A stretch of DNA of 63,423 nucleotides, the filler included, from Atractiella rhizophila (Eukaryota): the NCBI GenBank assembly GCA_021432655.1. It is 6 parts of 6 records of this genome, joined end to end, with 100 filler letters (N's around TTAATTAATTAA, not from the genome) between each part and the next. Parts side by side here need not be neighbours in the genome. Positions count along the whole stretch, not along the records: positions 1 to 17,351 come from MU271300.1; positions 17,452 to 29,025 come from MU271302.1; 4 more parts are not named here. The stretch is one strand, 5' to 3'. Position numbers and translations under genes: made by a program. Positions 11,694 to 25,125 of this stretch are shown here, in pieces. Under the pieces are notes generated by a model. It did not search any database. It was not told the origin of the DNA and was given only the letters and a program-made list of their open reading frames with translations. How positions within the stretch are numbered: position 1 is the stretch's first letter; the number at the start of each line of letters is the position of its first letter.

Positions 11694-14600
11694 ATGGATC
11701 CTTCAAAACCACCAACATTTCCAGTCATAAACACCCTGCGCACCGAAGATAGCCCTCTGTCGCCTCTGTCACCTGCTTATCTAACTCCTCCGGTGAGCAT
11801 TTCCTTAGCTTTCTGGCGAGATTGGTTGGTGACGGTGGTAATGCGAAGGCTTCACCCGCGGAGCTCTCGCACAGCAACAGCTCGTCTCTGGTGCCGCCAG
11901 ACCAGATTCACAGCCAATATCACAGCCAAGAGAACGGTCGAAAGTATCCCACACGCTCGCCATCCGATACTTTTCAAAGCAGATCTCGTCCCATCTCCTC
12001 GCCCGCTCCTCTCTCCATCAGCTCCCATCCCCCGACATCTAACGTCCAGGCCACCTCTTCGGCCTCTCCTTCGCCGAACATCGTCACGCTCGTCAACGGC
12101 GCAAAAATGGAGTCCGTACCTACACTCACCACCGCTATGCTCGGAGACGATAATCAGACGAAGAGCGCACCAGCGCAGAAGACGGTGCATTTCCAAGGAC
12201 CGAGGAGAGGTTCTGATGCGACCGGTCAACCGTCTAGATTGACGCCATCGTCGCTCATGCCTCTCGCACCCATCGTTTCTCCCTCCGCATCTCTGTCCAT
12301 CACATCTCCCTCTGTGCGTTCTCCGACCTCCGCTCTCATGTCCCCGTGCTTCGTCCATTCGAGGTTGGACAACTCGTTGGCGGAGTTCTTGAGGAGGCAG
12401 AGCGAGAGGGAGAAGAGGAGGAGGAGTTCGAGCGTTAAGAGAGAAGGAGGAGAGGGAACTGGCACGGAAGAAGAGGAAGGCAAAAGTCACACTCCTCGCG
12501 GTGCGGAGGAGGTGGGGGCAGGGGAGAAGATTGGAGAAAGTGAGCTGGTCAAGCTGGATAAGAAACTTATGGAGAATGCTAGGAATCTGGAGCAGCTTAA
12601 AGAGAGGTATGATGAGTATGATGACGCAGATGACGACGGTGCCGATGCGGAGGACGAGGAGGAGAGTGAGGAAGAGGGACATTCCTTAACTAAACAGTTG
12701 GCTGAGACAGCTGCCAGTGTTAGGGAGATGAGCAAACAACTCGGTGCGTCTTTCTTAAATACTGTGGAGAAAAGGGATGGAATATTGATAGTCGGACACG
12801 GTGACTTCTGTAGGGAGGGCCAAGATCAAGTCACAGGTCAATTCAGTGATGATAATCACGAAAGCGCGAGACAATCATCTGATCAAGCTTACCAAAGACC
12901 TAGCGATGTACCTCATGCTCAAGCCTCGAAACGGTCGCGATCGAGGGATAATCGTCTACGTCGATCAGCAATTGAAAAAGTCAAAGCGATTCGACGTCCC
13001 TGGTATTCAAGCTTCGCATCCTGAGATTTTCAAACCTGTCAACAATCGAAGGGTCTCCCGAAATTCTTCTACTACTTCTGTCAACTCTTATAGGTCCGGA
13101 TCTGGATCCAATGGATCAAGCTTTAGAGAAGGCAGCGGGGATGATCAGGAGGGACAGTTGAGGTATTGGACAGCGGAGATGTGTACAAGGAGCGCTCACC
13201 TCTTCGACCTCGTCGTCACCGTAAGTTTTCACTGCTTTCGCTACGGAGCGAGCTTGTTCCGTTCGAGGTGGCCTTGGTTGACATTGTGCTGCTGCTGCGT
13301 GTTGGGATAGCTCGGAGGAGATGGAACCGTCCTTTTCGCCTCCTGGCTCTTCCAACAAGTCGTCCCACCCATCATCCCATTCGCGCTCGGATCTCTAGGT
13401 TTCTTGACCTGTTTCGACTTTCAAAACTTTGAAAAGGTCATGGATTCCGCCGTCGAGAATGGCATCCGCTGTAACCTCCGCATGCGATTCACATGCACCG
13501 TCTATCGTGCAGTACACGGAGAGCAGAATCGGACGAGGAAGGCGATAAGGAGCGGCAAGACCGGAGAGATTTTGATGAATGACCTCACGAAGGGAGGATG
13601 GGAGGCTATCGAAGGCGGAAGCGCTGGGTTGGGGAAGAGTGGAAGTAAGGGGCTCAAGGATCAAGAGATCAAGTGCCTCGTTACTAGACCGGAGGAGCAA
13701 TTTGAAGTCATCAATGACCTGGTGGTTGATCGCGGACCGAGTCCCTACGTTTCCCTCCTCGAATTATTTGGTATACAGTTTGTTACGTTTCTCTTACCCA
13801 AGTACTCACCATTGGTACAGGTGACGAACACCACATGACAACTGTCCAAGCAGACGGCCTCACCGTCTCCACACCTACAGGCTCGACCGCCTACTCTCTC
13901 AGCGCAGGCGGCTCGCTCGTCCATCCCGAAATCCCCGCCCTACTCATCACCCCCATCTGTCCACATACCCTCTCTTTCCGACCCATGCTTCTACCCGACA
14001 GCATGGAATTGCGCATCTGTGTTCCATACAACTCCCGGTCTACCGCTTGGGCTTCCTTTGATGGTCGTGGACGCGTCGAGTTGAGGCAGGGTGACCACAT
14101 CAAAGTTACGGCTTCTCAGTTCCCTTTCCCTACGGTATGTGCGGATAAACAAAGCACAGATTGGTTCCATGCCATCTCCAGGACGTTGAAATGGAACGAG
14201 AGACAACGGCAGAAATCGTTTGTCGTGGTGGAGGAGGGAAGGAAGAAGGCGTCCCCGGACGAGGACGGTGAAGAGGAGGGGAAGGAGGAGGATCTGCTGG
14301 AGGAGGAGGAAAGATTCGATATCGATGATATCTCTTCCGCAAACGATACGGCAACCTCTTCCCCCGCTCCCACACCTGCAACAGGGCCAAATCGCGTTCT
14401 CTCGCCCATTCCTATGATGGGACATGGACCCAAAGACGCAGTCGGTCAGGCAATATCTCTCGACGAGGGTCAGAGATTTAAAGACTTTGCTCCAAAACCG
14501 AAGAGACTCTCGGAGCGACATAAGCATGGCGTTTTGTCTCCTAAATCACCTCATCACCATCACCATATCAAACACGGGAGGGATGAACTCTCTCCAAGGA

Positions 14601-14734
14601 CGCCTGCAACAGCAAGGGCGAGGCGAACGACCACTGGTGCGTTGGGAGACGATGAGGGAGAGGGGGCGAGGGTGTTTGGAGTCATCGGCAGAGACTTCGA
14701 TAACAATAGCAGTGCGAGTGAGGCAGATAGCTGA
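11694..14734 (+). CDS. UTR1: NAD+/NADH kinase (Utr1/Yef1-type) with long low-complexity termini
   Basis: VVTLGGDGTVLF, PFALGSLGFLT, INDLVVDRGPSPY, QADGL.VSTPTGSTAYSLSAGG, TPICPHTLSFRP. Confidence 0.95.
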
Positions 14735-14970
14735 ATGACCCTATAGGACTGTTGAGTTGGATTGTTGGTCTGCTTAATGACATAGACGGTGGTGATTTGG
14801 AATCTCAATGCTCTGTATGGTATGTTTCAGACGAAACGATGATGGAATGATATGTTATGTGATCTATCCTCTATACATTGCTGCCCATTCAAGATGACGC
14901 TTTACATTACAGACGTACCTACCATGAACTACATATTGATTAGAAAGGGCATGCGCTAACAAATGGAGAA

Positions 14971-17351
14971 CTAGGGAGGCACGAAGCCTTGATTTTGAAA
15001 ATCTGTGGGCATGGCGGCGCTCAACATTTCCCAAAGCCGATTTTCAGGGAGAGATGAAGGAGGCAACAATTGGTCGCCGGGATCCGCGGGCCATTGCTGA
15101 GAGGCAAACCCTGTTGGAATTGCAGAAGTTGTATCGTTCGATCCGTTCACACTAGCGAAGTTGGGCATGGAGTATGGTGGACCGGTGAAACCGGTGTTGA
15201 TCGGGAGTGCAGAAGGGCTGAAAGGATTGATAGACGATCCTACAACCGCAGAAGAGAAGGAGAGGATTGATGAGGAAGTGTTATTGCTAGGTCACAGGTT
15301 GTGATTGCGAGGTGGAGTGCGAGGTGGAAGGTGGAAAGGAATGGAGGAGTCGAATTCACTGGATTTGCGGAGGTATCTGTAGGAGTGGAAGTCGNNNNNN
15401 NNNNNNNNNNNNNNNNNNNNNNNNNNNNNNNNNNNNNNNNNNNNNNNNNNNNNNNNNNNNNNNNNNNNNNNNNNNNNNNNNNNNNNNNNNNNNNNNNNNN
15501 NNNNNNNNNNNNNNNNNNNNNNNNTTCGCATTTGTTTTCGAGTTCAAAGGCCGCATAGCCGCTACGTTCTGCTCAAATCTAGTTGGAAAGAAACCCTTGG
15601 TGAGGATGGATGGATCGTTGAGTAGTTGTGTGAGGATCTTGGCGATCGAAGTCGCCATTGGCACTTTCTCGCCTATCCTCGTCAAGTTCTGAATCAGCAA
15701 TTTGCACTCCGCCTCCGTTGATGTGGCCCCAAAAATGTCTCCCGTCGCTTTCTTGAGAGCGTAGTCACGGATAAGGGTCCTACCAGCTGTCGAAAGCGCA
15801 AAGCAGGAAAAGGGATTGATGAACGCTCCTTCCAGCGCGTTTTGGTTGATCACGAGCAGTGCAGCGATAATGGCTTTCGAACTTGTCAGACATCTGATCC
15901 TACAGCATGAGACCATGTTAAATCAGCCACCAGATGCTCTCCGCATAGAAAGAGGACGAACATGCTGATGTCGTCTGGATCTGCAGAACAGTAAGGAGCG
16001 TGGAGGAGGACAGTAGAAACATGTGAGAGAGCATGGGCGACATAGAGAGGAGCAGGAGATGAGGTATGATTTGGGCTGTTGAGAGATTTGGGGAAGGAGA
16101 GTCTGAATTCGACAATCTCTCGATCGAGGTTCTTGAAGTAGTCGCTGTCCCTAGCGAAGTCAGGATGTTCCATCCCCCTCTCCCTTCCCCATCCGGCATC
16201 TGTAAACAAATCGTAAGCTCTAAAATGTCATAACACAGAGAAGGAGAGGACGCACGCTGTGTGAACTCTACTACCTTCGCAATTAACACACAAGCCTTAA
16301 TTTGAAGTTGATAGCTACCGACAATCTTCGGATCGTTATTGGTAAAGAATTGGGGTGCATGAATATCTAAGCTCTTAAGCACGAGTTCTTGATCTTCTGC
16401 ACAAGTCGGCTTGACTGGCAAAATGGAAGTTATGTCATCCAGACGGACAGCCATGGACCATCCTGTGGCTGCAGAGCAGAACCAATCGTGGAGTGCGGCG
16501 AACCAGAATGTTACAGCCCTCTCGTACAGCTCAGTCGTAGACACCGGAGGCTCCATCGCCATCCTTTTGACCCCAATCCGCTCCTGTTGTCTGTTCTCCA
16601 TAGGATCCGATCGCTCTATGTGGTTCAAACCGAGAGCTATACACATCCGCACACTCAGACCGCTGCATAAGGGGCTCGTCAGTCATGTTGTGTATGTGCG
16701 CTAGAGAAAGAAATGACCTGAGGGTGTAAGCAGCCAGGAAACGAGACTGAGATGATGAGGCATGAGTGGATGTAATATCATGAAGAAAGGACCAACCTGA
16801 AGATAAGCATAGGTGGTGATAAGGACGAGAGACTGGGTGATTTGAAAGATGTGCCTCCGCTTATAATTCAAACCGAACTGTTTCCACCTGACCGTTCCCA
16901 ACTGTTCGACAGTGCGTCAGCTCTGTCTCCCTGAAGCAAAGTCCCTCACCTCAGCCATTCCCAACGACCTCGAAACATTATAATGATAATCTCCAGGAGT
17001 CTCGAACGTTCCCCAATACCTAGTACGTGCGCCGACAGCCTTCCAGAGGGGGTCATCTGCTTCGACCTTCAGGGAAGCTAGGGCACAAATGGCGTGAAGT
17101 AGGGTCTCGTTGGGAAAATCTATGTCGGTGGGAGGGAGAGTGAGGCGTAAGAGGAAAGAGGTACGATCAAGGATGTCGGAGACAGTCACGTAGCGGGAGA
17201 AGAAGGCTTCGACCAGGGAGCGGAGGATAGTAGGGTGTGGAAGGGAGGAGGGATAGCCGGGATAGAGCAGCGTGAATAGAGTGTTGTTGGGATCTGTGTC
17301 AGGTAGGATAGATTGACTAGAGAAGTCGTCTGTTCCGTTTTGGAGAATTGG
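14971..17351 (-). CDS. Fungal-specific transcription factor (Fungal_trans middle domain), 5'-truncated at spacer
   Basis: LP...ILRSLVEAFF, LLHAICALA, RMCIALGLNH, ERAVTFWFA...D, plus Pro/Ser-rich C-terminus; any Zn2Cys6 domain would lie beyond the piece end. Confidence 0.8.
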
Positions 17352-17451
17352 NNNNNNNNNNNNNNNNNNNNNNNNNNNNNNNNNNNNNNNNNNNNTTAAT
17401 TAATTAANNNNNNNNNNNNNNNNNNNNNNNNNNNNNNNNNNNNNNNNNNNN
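17352..17451. other. Artificial joining spacer (44N-TTAATTAATTAA-44N); identical spacers at 29026-29125, 47539-47638, 57516-57615, 59474-59573
   Basis: Exactly 100 bp each, stop codons in all six frames, genes truncated on either side. Confidence 0.97.
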
Positions 17452-18970
17452 CCAATGTGACGAATTTGGATAGCTCAGCTTTCAGCGCATCTGGGGAGTT
17501 AACAGTTGGCAAAATATATTTTGTCGACTCTCGGAATAAAGCTGGATAAAAGTTGGATGTGAACAGAGCGGCTGAGTTGAATCACTCACAACCACAAAGC
17601 ACAGGCACTGCCTTCCAGCTCCCGTCTCTTTTCATCCTAACGCTCGGTCGTTCCGTAATCCATTGCTCGTCAATATTTGGGTACCAAGGAATGCCCAGAC
17701 CTCCTTCGTACATGCTATTGGATGCACCAAGTAGCACGTCGAACGAGGCGTCGTTCACACAATCCAACCAAGGCTCAACATGCTCACACCCTACCCTTAC
17801 ACCGAGGAGGTTGGATGAACGAAGGACAGTGTCGAGCCATGTGTTTGTAGGAAAGGAGGTAGGATAGCCAGATTGCATGATTGCTGATAATACTTGATCA
17901 GCTAAGGAGCGAAGTGAAGAGTGGTCGCACCAGCTCGAAACAATTGCTCATCTTCTGAGAAGAGGAGATGGTGACCTATGCTTGCTGCCCCAGAATCTTG
18001 ACCAATGATAGTTACCTGCAGGCAGTGGTAAGGACAGCTCAAAGACAGAAAGAAAAGCCACCTTCTCAGGATCTCCACCAAATTCTGCAATGTGATTCTT
18101 CAACCACCTTGATCACTTGTTAGCCTAGAAGTACTATGAATAGCTGCGTACCTTAACGCAGCACGCTGATCCTTCAGTCCCATACTGAGGTGCTCATTTG
18201 GCATTCCTCCAAAAACAAAATAACCATTTGCTCCGAGACGGTAACTGTGCCGATTTAGATTAAGCACTCTGGCTGTGGAAACAAATCTGGACCATACTTC
18301 AAGGTTACTAGGATAGTTGGTAAGTTGACCTCGACGGATTTTTGCACCAAGCGAGCAGGATAGTGCGCTTTCCGCTTAGTAGACGTGAAAGCTACGTCGT
18401 CAAACCTGTCGACAATTCGGTACGGACTTCACAAGAAAGGAACGATAAAGCGCACCAAACAAGCACTGGTAAAAGCTCTGAGTCTTCTGCTATCGCGGGG
18501 CGTATCACGTCGAGGCTACACCAGGACGCACGACCGCCAACTCAAAGAAAGCAGAGGAGCAAGGAAGCAACGAACGTCAAACAGTCCTCCTTTGGAGTCC
18601 CCACCGAACCCGCACATGGTGGACCATAAGAAGTATGAATTCTTACGGTTTCGTTTACCTCATTTTGCTTCACAGGTTCTTCAGCTGGCAAAGGCGCTTT
18701 GAACCGCTCCACTTTTGCATATTGAATGCCCAAATAAAACTCTACGTCCAGCTTCCAGTCTCTGTTCCCAACATAAGTCACTCCATCCTTCGTAGTAAAG
18801 CTAGCAGTCGTGTGCTCGAAAACGGTGAGCGTGGAACTTGGAAAGCGGATCGCGAATGGTAGAGGGAAGAGGTAGGCGAACGAAGCCAGGGAAACGAGAA
18901 GGAGAGAAAGGATAGCGCAGATTAGGATTCGCTTGGGGGTGAAATAGGTATGAGACCGCAGAATACCCAT
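17452..18970 (-). CDS. Carboxylesterase (COesterase) fold protein with N-terminal membrane anchor, catalytic motifs degenerate; 3'-truncated at spacer
   Basis: YLGIQYA..RFKAP, EDCL, LPVLVW, NYRLG..GY, GLKDQRAAL, I.EFGGDP.KVTI.G, AIMQSG. Confidence 0.85.
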
Positions 18971-19416
18971 GCTGCTATCGTCTGCGCGGAATGGTCATGG
19001 TCGTGCTTTGGCAGTTGGAAGCTCCGATATTTTGGGACTTTCGGCTGGAGAAGTTCGTCCCATTAACAATTTCTGTTCCAGGGGCTGAGATAGCAAATGC
19101 TTATACAGCTCGCTATCGTCCACATGATACTCCATAAGAAAGCTGCAGCAGTTTTCTTTCGATGTGAGTAATAGTCTTGTGAAATTGCATACAAATCACA
19201 TTCCGGCATACAAACGTTTAACTGTCGCCTTGATAATATACAGTGTAGTTTGAGAGGGCAAGTTCGAACCCTAATATAGTAGATAAAGGAACCAACGTAG
19301 AAACAGAATGAGAAACGTCGAGTCATTTGTTGAACTAGAAGGCTTGAGACGAGAGGATACGTCGGACCGCGCCGAGGGGCTGTTTGTCATTTCTGACGAG
19401 AGCTAGGGGAGTGAGT

Positions 19417-19911
19417 TTAGTAGTATGAATGTTTGTCCCAACTGGGATCTTGCAAGAATGCGCAAAGCACTTTGGATCCGGTCTTTCCCCAAACGCCATC
19501 ACCGTCAATCCTACTGTGTGTCAAGAAAAAAACTCACCTGAAGGAGAGGATGGCCCGCAACGATCTGTAAGAATCTCTCTAAGCCTTCTCTTCGGCTCTC
19601 AATCACCTCATCCGTAAAACTTTCGTGCGACGACACATCAACTCCATCTCTCTAGAACACGGCAAAACTCACCGATTTGTAAACACCTTTCCGGGGAGAG
19701 GAGGGATATTCACTCTCGTCGATTCCCTCTCCAGAATATCGCGGAATGCTTCAAAGTCGGAGTAGCGGCGGCGGACTGAGGAGTACTTGACGCGGAAGGC
19801 AGGGATGTTTGTCTGCAACCTCACTTAGCCAGAGAGACGGGGAGGACGCTGGGGTGAGAAGACGAACGCGGCACATGATCTCGTAATCAGTATACATCTT
19901 GCGACCAAACT
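19417..19911 (-). pseudogene. SNX3: Sorting nexin-3 (PX domain) lacking its N-terminal exon(s)
   Basis: [76 protein letters not shown]; upstream of ~19930 the sequence switches to an unrelated fragment. Confidence 0.8.
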
Positions 19912-19933
19912 CTGTATGTAGATAGTGAGTGGA

Positions 19934-20340
19934 ATTGCCTACAGATGCAGATGAAGTAGAGCAGCCACCGCTGCAGACCTTCCCTCCTCTCCGATTCTCC
20001 GCTCCATCCTCTCCAAAGGCATCCAGCATCCCCACTCTTTTGCATCTCCTAGTCCAGCAGCTTTATCAACAATCGTTCCATTCAGGCTTGCAGAAGCGGG
20101 CCTAGAATTCTCCAAAGGCACCTGTTCCGTTGAAAAGAAAGAGAAGCTCAAAATGTGTGGCGGATTGGGGTATTGCGTTATATCCTGCCCCTCAACCATT
20201 CGGCCCTAGCGGCGTGGATGGAGGCGAGGGGAAGAAAAAATGGGGTGGAAGAGGTGATGAATGTGCTGAAGGTTTTGGGGGTTGGGAGGGATGTGTTGAG
20301 GAAGTCACCGGAGGAGGGTTTGAATTCGAAGTTCTGAGCT
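19934..20340 (+). repeat. Diverged copy of the 27185-27550 segment (degenerate gene 3' end)
   Basis: Shared tgcctacagatgca, tctcctagtccagc, aatggggtgga, ggaggagggtttg; translations LAAW...RKNGVEE..NV. Confidence 0.75.
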
Positions 20341-20735
20341 AAGCGTGAATGAGTTCATCTCCAATGAGCTGAAGGCGGAGCAAAATGGCTAACTTTGGAC
20401 TTGACTGGACTTATGAGAGGCCTCTTCTTGTTTTCTCCTGTAGATCGTATTATTCACAGTCCAAAGGGCTTCCTCTCAGCGAAAGACCTTTATTATACAT
20501 TTTGTCAACGAGTTAGTTAACAATCATTTGAGCGCCGGGGTGCCCTAGTGGGATCCTCCCAATTGTAATCTAGGCATTTGCTGGTTAGCGAAACGAGTGC
20601 ACAAGTCCCCCTCGCGAACTCTTTCATGTTCACGGCCACCTCCATCAATCATGGGCCGCCTAGAGCGATGTGAGAGTCTGGAATCTGATCCAGTAGCTCT
20701 AGAGGTGAAGCTTGAATCAGACTGTGCCTTCCACA

Positions 20736-22910
20736 TCATTCCTCCCCCTCTCCAGGCTCCCAAACGCCTGACCCGTAGCTTTCGTACTTCCTCATCGTGC
20801 TCCTCGCAATCACAATCTCCTCCTTGCTCCACTCTCCGAAGAATAAACGAACCTCAAGGTCTCGCCCTATTGCCTTTCCATTAACCCGATCCCTCTTCTT
20901 AGCTCCCCTCACCCGCCAATCCCCAAAGAACCAGCGGATGAAGTCTGGGAAGTCGGACGAGTCCACCACACAGTACTGGAGTATTATCAGCTCTATGCCC
21001 GTTGCATTCATGAGGCTGCTGAAGAACGGAGGAGAAACGAGGTTTGAGGTTTCTTCGCCCCCATCGAGGATCAGCTCGGTGAGGCATGTGAGGTGTGATA
21101 AGTCAAGTGGAGTGGGTAGGACGGAGGTCTTTCCGTCAGCAGAGAAGGGGACTAGCTCGATCCGGAGATATTCCAGAAGAGGTGGCAGAGGGTATTCTGA
21201 GATGCAGGAAGGGAGTGGACACATATTGGAAAGTGCGAGGAACTTGAGGGTGCGTGGGAGGGAGAGCGATGGGAGAGGCGGGTACTCGTCAAGCTTTAGC
21301 CATTCGAGGTGAGAAGATAAGTGAAGGCCTTCTGAGGCTGAAGCGGGAGAGTCCTCCACACCGTAAACTTGGAGCCATGTGATCCTGTCACCCATCCGCT
21401 GCACAAAATTCTCGATCTCCTCCTTCCTCCACTTTCTCGAACCCCTCCGAAACCTGACGTCATTCACCCGTTTCAAGCCTTCGATTGCATTCAACACAAT
21501 CTTCGCCTCCTCTTCGCCCCAACATGCATACATCACCACTTCCGTGACGTTCGGCGAGCCAGCAATGACCTCCTTCACCCTCCCGACATCAATGCTTTCT
21601 TCCAACAGCAGCCGGTCCCACAGTCGTCCGGCACCAAGATAGCGTTTCAACCGCTCATACTTTTCCACCACAGAATCAGGTTCACACCAATAAGGAACTG
21701 AAACATCACTCCAGAGCTGGCACACTTCAGAGAGGATGGAAGCGTCGCCGTGGTAGAAACTGAATATGAGAGAGAGGAGTTCGATAGGTAAGCACGAGAT
21801 GGTGCACGGAATAACATCTGGAGGTGGGACAGAGAGTTGGATGATGATATCTGTCAGGAGGGATGGCGGGGATGACGATTCGTCCTTACCGGTGGGGAGG
21901 AAGCGTCCTTCAAATTCGGAGTATGAGGCGATGGGGGCGAATATGGCATTCTCGCGAAAGAAAGGAAATGTGCGGGTATATGAATTGCCATATGGAGCAA
22001 GCTGGTCGAACTCTGATTTGACATCTCTTTCGACGGTTGAAGCATACTCTTCGACATCCAAAAAGGTTACTGAGACATGGTCCCAGTTGATGGTAATGTG
22101 AAGATTGATTGCACCATCCTTGTCCACCACATTCTCCACCCGTTCAAGTGACAAATAAGAAAATTTCATCTTTGCAAGTTCCCACGGCCATATTCCTCGA
22201 GAGTTGGCAAACGAAATCCTGACCAGGTGAGTTGACGAAGGTAGGCAAGATAGGAAAGAGGGAAGAATGGAGAGGTGAATCGAATCGGGCTCATCGCTAA
22301 GGGTGATGACATGGACAAATGCCCTCGAGTTTGGTTCTTGAGAGCCATTGCAAAGGCCAGCTGTTTGCTCCTCCGTCATTGTTTGAGAAGAGGAAGCAAA
22401 CTACAACCCATAACCCATGTTAAATCAGACGAAGAAAGCCGAAGTTGCAGACGAAATCCTGCCTGGATGATATCATCCGCAGGGGTTACCCTCCTCCTTA
22501 CCCTCCTCATCTTGACGGGATCGAAACTGTGACGAAGCTTGACGAGAATGAGCCGAACGTCCAAACTATGAGCTGTGAGACCGCCTTGACGAATAGTTCG
22601 TGGGAGAATCAAGGTGAAAGGCAAGATCGATGTATCGTTTTGGAGGTTGGGGGATTGAAGGACGTTGCCTGCTTTATGTGTGATGTGGAGAACTCGGACC
22701 TCAGCAGGACGACCGTCTGATTCGTGTTGGGCATGGAGAAACGACCTTCTTTGATTAATGAACAAATCGATTCAAACAGAGCAAGTAGATTGGTCAAGTG
22801 GGCACGTCCGCACTTAGATCCCGTGGTTCAATACTCCTGGCTTCCCACACACAACCATAGCAAGTCGAGCTACTTCACGAATTGTCCTGAGGAAGAAGAG
22901 AGATATTGAT
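20736..22910 (-). CDS. F-box-like / LRR-like protein of an expanded lineage-specific family (5' boundary uncertain)
   Basis: 547-aa open exon with F-box-like ISCLPIELLSLIF...LSEVCQLW followed by LxxLxL repeats; upstream ORF 22376-22765 probably a spliced exon. Confidence 0.7.
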
Positions 22911-23197
22911 TGAAGCCTCATTCGTTGCGCCGCGGAGAGAGTAGGTGGTGGGCTCGCGGAGGACAGGGAGGGAAGAACCAGTTGATCCCTCGATGTACGA
23001 GTGTTGGGGACAATGTTCAGATGACATGTTGGCCCTGATCAGGCCTGAATGGAGGGAGCTCCAGCAGCTACTACACAGGTAAATTGCTTGTTGATTGATG
23101 GGTTGCTGTCAATGATCTTAAGAGCCAAACAAACAAAACACTGGTAGCGTCCGCAACTCCGTCCGCAAACAACTTAACCAGTTTTGACCTGAGCGAA

Positions 23198-24280
23198 ATG
23201 GGAAGAGATCCCAGTCCCGGGACATCTTATCGTGGCAGAGACAGAGATGGAGACTGGGGAGAGCGGAAAAGGATCACCGTGAAAGTGAGGGGAGGGGAAG
23301 GAGGAGCGTAGACGGTGAGAAGGAGAGAGAGACCAGAAAAGGAGAGTGTACGTCATTCCATACAGATTGAGAACGGTGGTTCATGCATAGTAGGGTCGCG
23401 TGAACGTCACAATCACAGGAAGCGAGAGGGAAGAAGACGCTCACGTTCTCGTTCCAGGGAGAGGCGGACAGAGAGGAGGGAGCGTTCCCGCTCCCGCTCG
23501 AAGGACAGAGATAGGAAGAGGAAACGTTCTCGATCTCCAGGTCTGTCTTTCCTCATCTATCTTCGACGTGCCCTCGCATTAAACCAAACGGGAACGGGCA
23601 GAAAGGCGCTCACGCTCTTCCTCCCTCTCTTCCACCTCACATCGTCGACTAAAGAAAGAGAAGAAGGACAAACGACGGGATGAAACTTCTGCGGAGCGTG
23701 TGGCGACGAAAGAGAGGAAGAGGGAGAAGAAGGCGAGGAAGGAGGAGAAGAGGAGGAAGAAGGAAGGAGTGGGGGAGTGGAGTGGGGAAAGTATGGGGCT
23801 ATTTCTGAATCTGGTTCGTCTGCCTCCTCCCTTCCTAGCTTTTTTCTTTTCGGTAAAATGTTGGCCGTGAGAATTGACTAGACGCTATGGTGGAACAGAT
23901 ATATTTGAGAAAGAAGCGGAATTCAGGCTCGGTTGGTCGAGCAACGCTTCATCAAACCCGAGACACTCCCAAAGACCAAAGAAAAGAGCTCTTCTGTACC
24001 TTCGTCGAAGACTACAACACCGCCACCCTCCCTCACTCCAAATATCACACTCTCGCCTCACTCCGCCCAACTCTCCGTTCTCCGGATGGGCGAGTCGCTC
24101 GTGTCTACGTCGGAGATGTACGACGCGAAGGCGGATGAGAAGCCCCCAAGAAAAAGTTGAAAAAGGAAAAGAAAGAAGAAGAAAAGTTTAGGACTTGGGA
24201 GGAGTTGGAACACTTGAAGAGGATAGAGAAGGAGCGGAGAGAGGGAAGATCCAGGGTCCGGGATGCAGGTTAATGTTAAC
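23198..24280 (+). pseudogene. Arg/Ser-rich conserved nuclear protein (…FVEDYNTATLP… family), multiple frameshifts (pseudogene or poor sequence)
   Basis: RS-dipeptide N-terminus, KYG.I.E.DIF.KE.EFR.WLVE, F..FVEDYNTATLPH.KY spread over different frames. Confidence 0.6.
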
Positions 24281-24859
24281 ATGGCAGCGAGATACAACAC
24301 CGATGACATTGTGGTCCGTTTCGTCCTCTTCCGTTCGTTTAATGGTCCTTCCCGTCTCGGTTCAACCGTCTCCATCCCGTTTAGCGTTCATCACTCCTCC
24401 GGAAACAAGCATCTATCGAGAACAACATGACAGCTTTGAAGGATGGCATAGAGACTGCTCATGACTCAGGGAGGTGCGTAGTGACGAAGGCGGCGTTGAC
24501 GGTTTGGGGGCGTGTGGGAGCAATATGTCTGAGGATTGCCGTTGCGTTTCCTAACCAGACGTGGTTGAGTCGATCTCCTGCACACTGGGGAAGGTGGCCC
24601 ATTCGGACATTGGCCAGAAGGATGAAGAATAACCGGTCCACACGGGCAAAGTTGGAGTGGTTACGACGGCTCACGGAGGGTTATTCCAGGTTTGTCTTCC
24701 CTCTCCCGCCCACTTAGCACTTCGGTTTATCCATCTATGCAACCTTTCTTATTGTTTGCAAGCTTTTCTGTCATTCCTGCTCTTGTGCCATTCAGATTGT
24801 TCATGGCATCTTTGGAAGTTCGTGCCAACATCTAGTCCATGATAACTGACCATGCATTA

Positions 24860-25125
24860 AACAGATGTTACAGCGAACTTGCTCGCAGAATCTTCGATGT
24901 CATGACATGTGTGCTAATGGCTGACATATGGTGCAAGAGACAAATAGGAAGAGAGCTTCAAGAGCATGAGATCGAAGGAACGACCCATTCCGTTCGTCGA
25001 AGTAAGTGGTAGAGTGGGGCTGCAAGATGTACAGAGAGGTTGGTTTCGAATAGAAGCAACGTAACCATGTCGTGATGGAGTGTATGCTTTGAATAGAGAT
25101 GAGCACTCGTAAGTGTGCACAATCC
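24860..25125. repeat. Dispersed repeat, diverged copy at ~27865-28150
   Basis: Shared tggctgacatat.gtgcaagagac, tcaagag.atg, tcgaagt.agt, ggctgcaaga.gtacagag, ttcgaat. Confidence 0.75.

Noticed and set aside
17396..17407. Recurrent TTAATTAATTAA flanked by N runs (five copies)
   Set aside because: Artificial six-frame-stop joining spacer; neighbourhoods across it are not biological.
22376..22379. ATGA stop/start overlap suggesting translational coupling
   Set aside because: Better explained by an intron ending TTGTAG just upstream, joining the two ORFs.
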